From contig CM120642.1 in NCBI GenBank assembly GCA_051362555.1, forward strand, positions 9,300,001 to 9,364,000: a DNA stretch of 64,000 nt, written 5' to 3'. The DNA is from Lingula anatina (taxonomy: Eukaryota > Animalia > Brachiopoda). This document shows positions 1 through 13,406 of the stretch, in pieces. Every line of letters begins with the position of its first letter. The first letter of the stretch is position 1. Both the position numbers and the translations under genes were made by a program. Under the pieces are notes generated by a model. It was given only the letters and a program-made list of their open reading frames with translations, ran no database searches and was not told where the DNA came from.

Positions 1-96
1 TCTGGGTACAGACGAGAATTTATCCATATCTGTGCTGAAGTGATACAAGGGTGGGATCTCACAGACTGATAGCTTCTTAGCTTCCTCTGCACCCAC
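1..96 (-). CDS. PDE2A: PDE2A exon (truncated by window edge), start of catalytic domain: [32 protein letters not shown]
   Basis: Acceptor ctag at 97-100, phase 0; aligns with mammalian VSDDEYTKLL...FTYTPR. Confidence 0.88.
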   Translation of the reverse strand, partial: MGAEEAKKLSVCEIPPLYHFSTDMDKFSSVPR

Positions 97-3000
97 CTAG
101 TTGGACAGAGAAATAGTGTTAACAAAGTTCGAACACATATCATGATTACTATTATTTACATCCAACAATCAAATAATGCTTTAATGCCAAATGTCATTTT
201 GGTAAGGTAGATGTAGGCTCAATTGTATTTACTTACTTTACTTTAAAACAGTTTCACATGGAAGATATTCCATTCAAATTATATTTATTACAGGTAACAC
301 TAAGTGACTTATTCTACTTCTATATTTTAATTTAACCTGTTCACAGGTTTATACTGACAGTTTCAACATGTGAATTACTGTATTATACTGAAATGGACAA
401 TTTCATTTGTAGAAAAACATATATCATAATAAGTATCTAACAGTTAAGAAATGCATTCACTGGAATGAAAAATTTACATAAAACCAAATTTATATGCAAA
501 ACCAAATAACAGTAAGTATGACAGCTCCAATTCCTTTATATCATTTAAAAATAACAACTCTTTTTTTTGGTTAGTCTTTTTCTTTAAATTTTAATTAATT
601 TAATGCCCTAATCATGCATTGGCAATGAACTTGAATAAACAACTTGAAGTTATTGTTTACAAAATTTGAACATCTTGGCAGACTAGCTGTCTTCATTGGT
701 CAATTTTGAAAAAAAATTGTCAGAAAAGAATATTTAATGAAAACTGACCATCTTCCAGAAGGCCCTGGAGTATGCTACCATTGAAATAACAGTAATGTTT
801 AAAAGATGCATTTTGTTGACTGTCATATAGAAAGGTGTCATCTAGTATATAATGTCCAAACAGAAAGTTGTGATCAATACCTCCCCCCCTTTACACTCAC
901 TTAGTTCTAGATCTGATACAATTAATGAACATCTATAAATAAATTAACACCTTTACACCAATTATAAAAAAAATTATGCTTTGAATGTATGGTTTCTATA
1001 AAAGTCATGGGTAAATATGCCTTTGCTGTGGTTTCTGAGACATATCAAGCCCTACCCATTATCAGTTCTGAATTCTACATAAAACAATTTTTTTTATTTT
1101 GCAAATGATCAAAACACATTTCATAGTATTACTGTTCATACAAACAGTCAATATTTGCCTTCAGATATATACAAGTATATATTCCAGAGATTGTGCATGT
1201 AGCATTTTACATTGAAGAATGCACTATACTGCCTAGAGTGTGAAGAGAAATTTTGCATACCAATTGAGACAATAGATAAGATGCCAACAAGTTGCTGATG
1301 CTATCCCCCTCAATATTTCGAGATCTATTTTTCATTATGATATATGCAGCAGAATATACATTAAAAAAAAACTAAGATTGAAAGTGAAAAATTCCAAGAA
1401 AATTAATAAAGGTATAGAGCAAGCAACCCTGTGTAATAAAACTAAATAGTATTACTTAGTGAAAAAAAAAACACACAAAACATGCGAGGCATTTCTCTTA
1501 TTTATCAAGGGGAGGATGCAGGGATTAGAACACAGAAGAGAAGGAGAAAGAAAAGAGGAAAATGTCATGACAACTTGAAAATAAGGAACCTACATTGCTT
1601 CGGTCTAGTTCTGCATTCCTTTCTACTTCTATACTCACTCAGTGCAAAGTCTGTGTCACATCAACTACTGTTTATATCTTTAAATGAAAAACTATTTAAA
1701 GAAAAGTTGACCCAAAAAAACATGATTTCATCTTACCTTCACATTCTTAGATTTCAACATGAAAGAAACAGAGCATACTTGTAATGGAAGATTTAAGTGT
1801 ATAAGTTTCAGCAGCTGGGCGTAAAAACTCCAATGATGTGACTTAGGATAATGAAAATATGGGCTTTCATCAGACTGACGTGAGTTATTACCCACTGTCC
1901 GCTGGGTGGTATAGCTGACATGAACCTCTTATAAATGTCAGGAGGGTCTTGACCGCTTTGCCACACATCAGTGTGATGAAGGCCTATGTCCACATTGGCC
2001 ACAAGCACATGGTATGGAGAAATTTCAGCTTGTGTTAAATAATTACTACTAATATAATCCAACTACTAAGCTAATTAACATCTTTGTTCATTCAGGTCTA
2101 TTATAATATGTTAAATAATTACTATATATGTAATCCAACTACTAAGCTAATTAACATCTTTGCTCATTCAGGTCTATTGTAATATGCTATGCAACATATC
2201 CTAGTATTTAAACTATTTTCTCCAAGTAATACATTTGGCAGGGTTTCAATTCCGACATCTGGGGTGTAGTGGTCTTAGTTCTTTAGGTAATCTGATCGAG
2301 AAGTTTCAAGCATACTGTGACTGTCTTACATATGTACATGTGTGCGCCTACTACCCTGCAAGGTATATTTGGTGTATAACAATAGGTTTTATATTGTGGC
2401 AAAGAGGCATTACAATTTGATAATTTGTAGTAAATAAAACTGGTGCTCAAGATGTGTAACTTTATTTTTTGTGGAGAAATCCAACAAATTCAGTTTTAAA
2501 CCTGCTCTAGGCTACAATAACACTGCAAGTAGATTTATTAGTGATGTAGCTTGTCTTTGTCGATCACCAAAACACAGTAACATACAAACGAATTAACTCT
2601 CACTGATCTTTAGAGGGATCCAAAGACGAAACCAGACACTGATGAATCAATTCATTTATCTGTAGTGACAATATATGTTATATAGATCCAAAAATGATTC
2701 TTTATTTTTGTGAAAAAAAGGGGGGGGGGGGCAGTGTGACTTCTAATTGATTAAACACAAGGATGAAGACAAAGAATACAGAATAAAAATTTCAAAATAA
2801 TAAAAATAAAAAGGAAAAATATTATTCTCTGATTCCTGTCCATTTCTGAACATTCATCAAAAATCCGACACTCTCATTTTCCTATTACACATACATGTAA
2901 TAGGAAGAAAGCTAGACTTACTGAAACAACTTTGACATTTTCTTTCAAAACCACAATTTGCACTGTAAATCAAAAATTAGGGTAAGACATAGCATTAACT

Positions 3001-6000
3001 TGGGGAAAGTACAAGTACAGAATAGATTCACATATAATTCACAAAGAAAGTGAAAAATGCCTATAAGCATGCCAGCAGCAAAATGAAAAAAATTATAAGT
3101 ATTATAAATAAATTATAAAAATAATTAATTTATTAAAAAAAAGATAGAAGCAACTATAAGAGATCCCACTAAAAGGTCTACATGAGCCAGGTTAAACTAA
3201 AACCTTCAGATTCCTATCTAAGAAATTACCTTGATTCAACTTCTTCATAATAAAGAACAGCAATGACCACCTTCACTGCCTGCATGGACATTCATCTCGA
3301 AAAAACATTTCAAAACACCAGACATAGAAAATCTATGTCACTTTTTTCCTGCTGACCGGATACATATTATCTGGATCAGAGCTTACCTGGTGACCCAATT
3401 AATTTTGATTTTCCGTTAATCAGGCATGTTGCTCATGCTAATCACAGTGAGAGAAAATATACTTTATGATATGTTTAATTATTGAGAACTTGGCACGTGC
3501 AAATGACATGCTTGATTAATGGAGGCAGGTTATGAAAATAAAATATTGAAACTACACTGCATCAGGTTGTGTGATCTTGTAATGTGAAACGACACCACTC
3601 AATAAGCTGCAAATGGTAGTGTGTTGCCTTCTTTTCAGGGATTTTGCTCATTATTCTTCACAAAGCAGTAACATCATCCTTGTGAGGAGATTAAATGTGA
3701 AGAACTATTTACTCACAAAATTGATAAAATTTCAAAGTAACTTTCTTCCCATGAAATATATAAATACAAAATTAAAGCTTTTTCCACATCACATGTAGCA
3801 CCAAATTTTGTTTTCACACTTTCACTCAAATTTCGGATCCCTGAAAAGCAGAAACAAGGATGTGGTTTAAAGTGGCAGACGGGATGCCTATTTCAATATT
3901 TCCTTTAAACAATTATCACCAGGGGTCATCCACCTGTACATCCTTTGTTTAAGGAAATTGCAAAGTTAAGTATCACCCAAAGTCAACTCATATATCTATT
4001 TTTAATAAAAATTTTAATCAATAATTTAACACCTACTAAAATCAATTTTGGCTTTTGAAAAAAAAAAAGACGGAAAAAAGGATACTTAATTTTCAAAGAG
4101 AAAATTTCCACTTTGGGGAAGCAGCATTAGGATATACTTTGTATGACAACCTGTGAGTTAATTAGTTGCAAACGACAACACCCCATCTGACATGCAGCAT
4201 GTTGAGTGGCACGTGTGACATGCATGCTTAAATAGCGTTACCTCTCTCACCTGCATGTGATACGTCATCAGCTCCGTGGACAGTTTTACGCGATGCTGGG
4301 CGTCCATTGCTTTGTTGTATAGTAGACTCTGAAACACACAGTGAGCCAGCACTCAGTGGGGTTAGTTCACAACAAATACACACGGTTACAATGTGCTCAC
4401 TCACACTACTGTGAAATCAACTCTCGTTCCACTCTTGACATGATGTGGGTACCAAAATGTACCTAGGGCCAATCTGGGTTCATCCTTTCAAAGAACAGCG
4501 GGTCACAATCAGTGGAATCTCTATCAGAATAAGTGGAAAGTAGGCTATAAGACTCCAAGTAGAAATCATTATTCCCTACATGATGTAATGCAATGAATTT
4601 TTCTTCATTAGACAGATCACACTGATAAAACCTAGCTAGTCTATCAGAAAATTTCCTTGGATCTGCCCCTGATAACTTACAGGAAAGACATTGGCTAATG
4701 GTTCAGACCAGTACTTACTTGGTTATGGACATGTCAATTTGATTAGATGCAAGCAAATATCACACATTAGTATATAATGTAGATGTTCAAAATACTTATT
4801 CTTTCCAATATTCAGACTTGAGCAATGATGTCCTGTTGCGATTGAAAGTCAGAAATCATCACATGAAATCATCACATCAAGAATTCCAACAGCCATAATT
4901 CAATCCTCATAAGCATGTGGGAGTTATAATCCTACCCTCTTTTTTCTGTGGAAATTTTGAAAATGATATTCTTAGATTCTAATCACAAACTTAATACATC
5001 AATGAATCTAATACATAGAGTACTACTTTTCCCCTAATATGTCTAAAGTGGGGATGTGATAATATCTCTATGGCAACACCATAACGGCCCCCCACTTGTG
5101 TGAATCCCTCTTAACATTCAACTGTGTGACTGGTTAAATAACATTAGTATTTTTTATGTATCATTTTTTTAAAACATACATATTTCAATAAGTGATATAA
5201 CAATATTTTCTACTTGGGCTGTATATATTTTGGAGTCATGAAACAAGCAATATTACCACAGATGTCAATAAAAGTTATTATGCCAAGAAAAAAATGTTAA
5301 TAAAAACAATGCACATAATCCTTATAATAAGGTGATTATAGATGTTTGTGCAAGTCTTCTATGATTATTCCAATAAACAGTGGAGAATTGAAAACAATTT
5401 TAAAACTGCAACAAACACTATCATCACTTTATGTGGCAAAAGCACCAGCACTTCATACCGGCTTATTAGTGTGCTTCTCTGTGTGTGTGTGTGTGCAAGT
5501 GGCACTGCAATTTCTGAAACAAGACGGACACGGCTAAGATCCACCCGTTACCTGCATATGGTATAATGCAAGTTCATTGGTCAGATTACTGCGAAACTGA
5601 AACTCTTTGGCACGTCTGTAGAGTAGGCACTGCAATATAAAGGTTTACTCACACTAAGTCTTAGGGTAGCCTTTCCTTAATTGTCCAATTATGTGAAAGT
5701 CAAACTCTGCCAGTCTAAGAAATTGTCACACTTACCAGCATGCTCATAGTGGGAAAATCTCTCACTGAACAAGTCCATGAAGTTAAATGCTTAAATCAGT
5801 CAAGTCCCTTTCATGAACTGAGAAGAATGATGACAATACAGCCTACTATAAAGTCCTCATTTCTTTCCTTTTTTTTTTTTTTGGCTAGCTTTTATTGACA
5901 CCTGTTAAATGTCAAAAATTAAGAGGAGCCACTGAAGACCAACATGTTTCTTCCTACACAGTTAAATATAATTAATAAATAAGCTTTTGGGAATTGGTGT

Positions 6001-9000
6001 GTGAATTTAAACCAAACCATAATGTCAGCAGCTCTATTTCTCAAATAAAGAGTTTTGATTGAAAAAAACAAAGGATTCTAATCAACTGGAATAACTAATT
6101 TGGTCTTTTTTTTTAACACTGCTAATGGAACAGCATCTTTTAAAAAATTCGAAATTTTTACCACGCAATTATTGTTTTAACTTGACTATCCATAGAAATT
6201 TGTCACCCTTGGTTTCTGACAACCCATTCATCATTTCCCAGCAGACTTTTTGGTCCATTCAGCCAGGTGAATGACTCTACTATGCTGTTGCTAAGTTGGG
6301 TTTGAAATGATGAAACACTATGATCTTAAATGTCTCCAGTGTGGAAGTAATGTGTGCCAGTGGAGTCATTTATTACTGATATAATAACATTGGTACCAAC
6401 ACAAGGTTTGGTAAATAGCAGTTTGCATGTCACAAGATTCATTGAAAACCACTGCTGAACTTTGCAAAAGTACTGCCATGATGAACTATTTATAAAAACT
6501 ATACTGTATGTTTATATTTACTGCAACAAAATCTATGCAAAAGTCTGGTTTTCTTTTTTACAAACTTAAAGGGATAACAACTCCTCATGAAATTCAAAAT
6601 TCCAGAATAAATACATTGTAAACAAACACACAGACATAAAATAAATTCCATTTCAACACCAAAATGGTGCTTTTCACAATTATTCTGAAATCTGTGCTTG
6701 CCATCAGACTTTGTGGATGTTCATAAATGGCAACCTTCCATAATAAAGAGATTGTTACAAAAACCACACTAAAAAAAAAAAAAAATCCAATAACTGTGAA
6801 TGTAGGAAAGGATTCATAAACTACTGAAAAGTACTGGAACATTGTTGTTTACACCAGGTAAAGAGGTAAAGAGGTACTTTTCCCACCAAACTAAAGAGTT
6901 GCAACCCTTTAAAGCAATTGTTTGCACCATCCTCATTTCAAGTCTCAAACTGAACAGAGAACATATTTCAGGCCTACCCAACTACCAGACTCGGCACATA
7001 AGGATCCTGAATTAACCGGTATATCGGACCACACTACCCGTTTTCAAGGTGTGTGTCAGATCGCATTTCGGAGTATCAGTCAAAACACCGACAGGATGAG
7101 CCCGCGGTCGTCCTACAAAATTTGTTCTAGGGTATGATACTCCGAAATGCGATCTGACACACACCTTGAAAACAGGTAGTGTGGTCCGATATACCGGTTA
7201 ATTCAGGATCCTTATGTGCCGAGTCTGGTAGTTGGGTAGGCCTGATATTTGGGACATTATTCAGTTAGACAAATGAATCACATACCACACAATAAGCACA
7301 CAAAAAGAGGAACACGCACAAATATAAATAATCAAAATATCCAATTACAAATATATATAAATAATGAATGGTTTCTGAAAAAAAGCCATGATTATGTAAA
7401 TTATACATTGAACATTTTCCCTCTTTCCAAAATTATATCTACTTGGTAATTATTCACATATTCACAATAATTCCCTTCATGTTCTCTGACAAACTAAGCA
7501 TTATTCAATTATTTCTGATTATCATAATAGCATATCTCTTGGTACCGAATTAAAAACAAATCATGATTAATTAGTATAATTATCAATAAAACACATATTA
7601 ATTAAACCAAATCAATAATCACAGCATTAATAGCGTTGAGGTGAATATATATATAATACAGTACAGTACATGATCCACATTAAGGAGAGATGTATCTTGC
7701 GGACAAATGTGTGCTTTCTACTAATTTTTTAGAAAACAACTGCGACACATACCTGTACAATACTTATACAGCAATAAATGGAGAATGCCCGAGCAATGTC
7801 CTCGTCAAATGATGTAAAACACGAGCCGTCTTTCTTGTTGCACAACTGCGCCACCCCTACGATGGTTTCTGCAGGAAAATAGTGAGAAAAACTTCAAATT
7901 TAGAGAATGAAGCTGTCGATCCCTCGCACTGAAATGCATCGCATAAATGATGCAAGATTGTGTTGTCAGCGTCTTTTATGACCAAGGCCAGTATCAAGGG
8001 TACCAGATGAATTTCTCAAAACACACAACATGTTTGTATGTCTAATGGTCTGGATTCATAATTAACCTTAATTGGTAAATCAAGAAGAAATTCTCAGAAG
8101 AGATCATAATTAGGCTGCATTTTCTCTGGAATGTTTCATAACACTAGGTACTGATAAAGGTGAACACCAAAACATCAAAATAAAACTCCTGGAGCCTATT
8201 GTCCAATTAGTACCCTATCTTAAAATAGCAATAAAAATAAAGTAAGTATCTGTTGTTTATTAGCAGTGCACAGTAGGTGATGTTTTTGTGTGAATTATGT
8301 TAATATGATTAAAGTGTTGAGCATTATAAACAGTGCTTGGCAAAAACAATTAAATTCATCAAGGAGGTTTTAGATAAACTCTAGAAAATTGATCCTTGTT
8401 GCTGCTTTAAACTATTAGGTATATCAATTTCACACCTAATTTTCACCAAAAACATTTTTATTCACAATTAACAATTTCATAACCACAAAAACGTGGTTTT
8501 GGACACATACTCACAGCCTAACAAGCATCTCAGAATTTAACAAGCATCCCTTTCAAATATTACCAGCAAACAATACTTTCTGGAAATATTATTACAGTAC
8601 TAAATTTAGATTAAGCCAGTAATTGCCATACTAAAACATTATTTATAAGCCTCTAACCACAAAAGTTTATACTAACTGAGGCTGGAACGTTTTTTTTTTA
8701 TGAAGCTTTTAAAATGAAGAAGATGGCATGCCACAGATCAATCTAAAACAGAGTAACAGGATAAGGTCTGCATTTATCCACCTTGGTGTGGAGACAAAGA
8801 GTGTCTGACCCAAGGGCACAAGACAAGGTGGCCACTAAGTTTTGAGAAAAAAGTCTTTCAGTGCAGCAATTTTTCATCAAATTGGCACAAAATTTATTGC
8901 TTATCTCCCCCCAAATAATTTTTTGTTTGTATATATGTTGATTCAATTTTTTCTTAAGTTATTTTGCTTCATGATCAGAAGTACATTTGGGTAAGTAAAA

Positions 9001-12000
9001 ATGATTAATCTTCAAAGATAAAACATATAGCAATAAATGAAGCATTTGAATATTTGAAATAATTTACAAATGACCATACTGCTCCTTTACTTACACAGTT
9101 CTAACTTGAATTCATTTACACAAGGGTAAAGGTGAAAATAATTCTGAAAACAACTTAATTAACGACAATTGAAATTGTCTGGCACTTTGGGCTGTACTTA
9201 CGTTTTTCATCCATAATTGGAAAACACAGAATATTTCTGAAAATGAAAATGGCTTTTATCATCACTTCAATAATACCTGACATAAAAAACAAGAAAAATA
9301 CCCTGACTGATATTACAATCATGTGTTATTTATTAGTCTCCCCTAGCTGAGATGAACATTTTATTAGTTAACATGTGTTAACTTATTGTCTTAATGTCTA
9401 TTTGGGAAACCATCTGGTAGCTTGACATTGTTTATTCTGTTATTCTGTCTGTATATAGAACAGTTCTTTAAATAATGTAGTTTAATCATTATAATTACAA
9501 GCTTCTTAATCTTAGTGATTAGATTAGCTTGGAATTGAATCATAAAATGGAATTTAGTTCAAAATATTTGGGTCCAGGGTGGAATAATTATTTTTAAAAA
9601 TTACCTATTATCACAGGATGGTGTTATTTTATATACATATATATCATTGGACAAAATTTTATCACACACCTTGTTCTAAAGCCTGTGCTTTCATCAACAC
9701 CTCTGTAGAATAATGGATGGGCATAGGCATCGCGGATGTTGAGAATTTCACCTACAATGAGAAAAAAAAACAGGTCCACTCATGACAAAGGGCAATTGCA
9801 AGCTTAAAACTGATATAATTTTGAGGTGTGCTTACAACAAATGTGTGCATGTGTGTGTGCATGCGTGTGATTTTTAATACAGACAATTTACAAGTACATG
9901 TGCATTTATCACTTTTGAACATTATGAAAATTGTCATTTATTGTCAATAGGTCACCAAAGTTATGTTGAAAACATTTTTTGCCCTCTGTAAAACTTTTTA
10001 ATCTCTTAAGTCCCAAAAAAGAATTAGCTGCACTTCATCTTATTTTTTCCAGAAGTAAATTGGAAAAAAAAGATAGGCAGCAAAAAGAAAGATATAAAAA
10101 AATATATCAAACATCTGGTTTATTCATGTCCAACCTACCTGAAGTAGCTACATGGCCAGCTATACCCTGATTTGCAGGAATTCTTATCTCGGTTTGTGCC
10201 TGAAACAAACCTTTTGATATATAAAAGCAATAGATGAAAGAAAGCCTTATGCTGCCCGCACACCATGTTAATCCAGACTGAACTAATTAACATGCTTTGA
10301 TTTTATACTGAGGGCAGAACATTCTTTCGTCACTGCTGTAACATTTTAATATAACTGCAGCCAGCTTCAAGATTTTAGGTATCTGATAACACATATAGTA
10401 TTTACATTTACTCATTTACACTAGAAGTTTGTCTGCTTTACATTTTTATCCAACAAAATTTAAATCAATACAAAATGATGATTGAATAACATATGCCTTC
10501 CATATTTTGAGTGGAATCAAATGTGGTTGTCAGTCTCTATATGTAAATTGGGCACACATTTGGCACACATTTGTTTGACTTAAATGGGCACCTTTACGAG
10601 TGATGAATTAGTGGAAGAGCACTAAAAATTGTATTATGAAAATGAAAAAAACAAGCATTTTCTAAATCATGTTGCCATAGCAACAAAATTTACACGGGTG
10701 CCCAATGCTTTTTGCCTTTGTTTTCCCAAATATACTTAAAAATAACAAAAGTTGTGCTTTTTCCTAGAACATGTTGCCAACTACATTTATATGTGTACAC
10801 ATTACTTTCTGGTTACCATGACTGCAATATGTACCACAGTCCACGTGCAGGGAGTATGGGCTATGAAAACACTTTATGTGTGAACAAAATTTTTAAAAAA
10901 TGCAAAACAATGGTTCTATTATTAGTAATCAAATCAGAAGTTCATATCACAAAAACCAACATGAAAACTTATCAATTTTAGAAATCCTAATATGGATTAA
11001 ACATTGTGGACTGTGCATGCAGAGATTTATAGCAAATTGTATCAAGCAAGAATATAGCATAAGGGCATTACTTTCATTACATGGTCAATTAGCCAAAGTA
11101 AATCATAAAAATCTCATTTGGGTTTTAGCATAAATAAGGGCAGAATATGCTGGTCAAATATCAATCAGCCTACTTATTGTGCTGTCATCTGATCTTGTTT
11201 ATGAGTCTCTTACTATTTGGGGTGGAGGGGATACTAAGCATATGAATTTTTTTCCTGGGCCAAATTGAGTATGTATGACTTTTATATCTTAACTGCTTGA
11301 AACTAGGAACAATGTTTAAGTTCTATCTACCTTTGCATTGTTTGGATTAACAAAGTTTCTATCAGCTTAGCATTTTCTAAGCCAATTAACTTTTTGTTTT
11401 ACCAAATGCATGATGAATATGGGAAAAACAATCCCACGATATTATTTGTTTTTGAAGAAACAAACATGTTAATTAAAATTGGCTATATTATCTTTCACAT
11501 GCCTGCTTGACTCTTACTAATACTGTTATAGGGGTTCTACCTACCTCTGGGTTCTTTGGATTAGCTACATTTCCATCAAATACTTTTGCCACCAGCTCAT
11601 TACTGTCTCTGTCCAACAAAAACACTGAGCACCTAGAGAAAAATAGAATCAATATTTATATACCCAGTAAGTTATTGTATTCCCTCTGTGTCATTTCATG
11701 TTTGTCGAGGTCACACGATATGCTGAGGGTAGATGGAGTGTATTCATTTATTTATTCATTTTGCTGCAAGACTACGTCCGTTTTTAGAATGAGTATACTT
11801 TGGGAGATATAATATAAATATAAAACAGGAACAATACAATAATACTATTAAGTAAAAAAAATACAATGGCTGGCTGATTGAGCTGAGACTCTTGGAATTT
11901 GATTAGATTGGTGATCATTGCTACATGGTGACAGAACGAACACAGAAGCTCTTTTGTTGTGACATAAGTTTCATGATGTTTGCATCTATGATGTGTATAT

Positions 12001-13370
12001 TCAAAATAAAATGTTTAACTTTTATTTTGACCAAACCATTCTGCATCTGTTATTACCCGTTCTCTACTTTCATTATATATATAATCAACAATGTACAAAA
12101 AGATTGCATGAATCTATTCCTATTTACACAATAGGCATAAATCTCTATTGCAGAAAAAAAAAGATCTTGACTTTTGATCTTAGATCAAGCAAGTCAGGCA
12201 ATATGTTTCTAATACTGACACATTTTTATGAAGAAGTGTATGTGCTATTTATTAACAAACAAAACACGTGTATGCCTAATCCAATACAGGTAATTGTTTG
12301 GAATGTAATTAATAAGGGATAAGACTGCCATTTAGTGGAAATGTCTGAAAATATGGCTTGGGGTCAGACCTCCCCCCTCCCGCAAATACAGTTTTTATTG
12401 CAGATCTGCATCAATCTCAAAAATGATAAATTCGGAAATTGGCCAATTGTCAGAAAAGTTGCATCCCTGACTAATACTTGCTTAATTCTTTTAAATAAAT
12501 CCACATTTAGGCACCACAATTTTAAATACAAGGTAGTATTCCCAGAAGACAACTTGACAGGTAGTCACACAGACACATAAACAGACAATCTCACTAACAT
12601 AGCTAGTAGACATGTACAAACTTGGTGTTCAAACAAACTACGCAGCAAAAAAAAAAAAAAAGGTCAATTAAACATGTACATGCAATAATTGCTGAACTTA
12701 ATAGATGATATCAGATTCATTACCTTTCAGCTTTTGTCAAATTCCTGGCTTCTTGCATGATTTCTCGCAGCAGTTTAGTCAAGTCATCTAATTCAAATAA
12801 AATGCATTTGGTCATTTTTTTTGTGTGTGTGTTCATTTCAAATACAAGTGCAAGCTACTGTAATGTGCTAACAATATCACACTCCAGTCATATATACATG
12901 TAGTCAATTAGCAAATTCTGAGAACCAATGGGAAAACAAATGTTATAATAGCCATGTAAAAAAAGGAGTGTTTATTTTTGGACTAACAACTAGATGGTTT
13001 TGCCACACAAGGCAAATTCATACAGTAAAACAGCTAAATTTGCATTAGCCACATGGACCTGTAAGAACCTCTCTAAGAAAAAGTTCAGATATTTGTACCA
13101 ATAGTATATGAAGTAAAAATAGGAAGGGAAATAGATAAAAGGAAAAACATACAATACAAAACTGTGTGTTAGTTGAAAAGTACAATAGAGAAATGCAAAA
13201 CATCAAATATATTATTTTGTAAAAAGCATTAAAAAGTAATGACAATTAAACTTCATTACAAGCAGCTAGAACTGGATATTACCTGACACAACCTTACATA
13301 ATCTCCAACTATTTCAGAGGCTTACATATATGCAATTATAAAGCACAAAGGGCCAATTCCATGTGGATTT

Positions 13371-13406
<36 letters not shown>

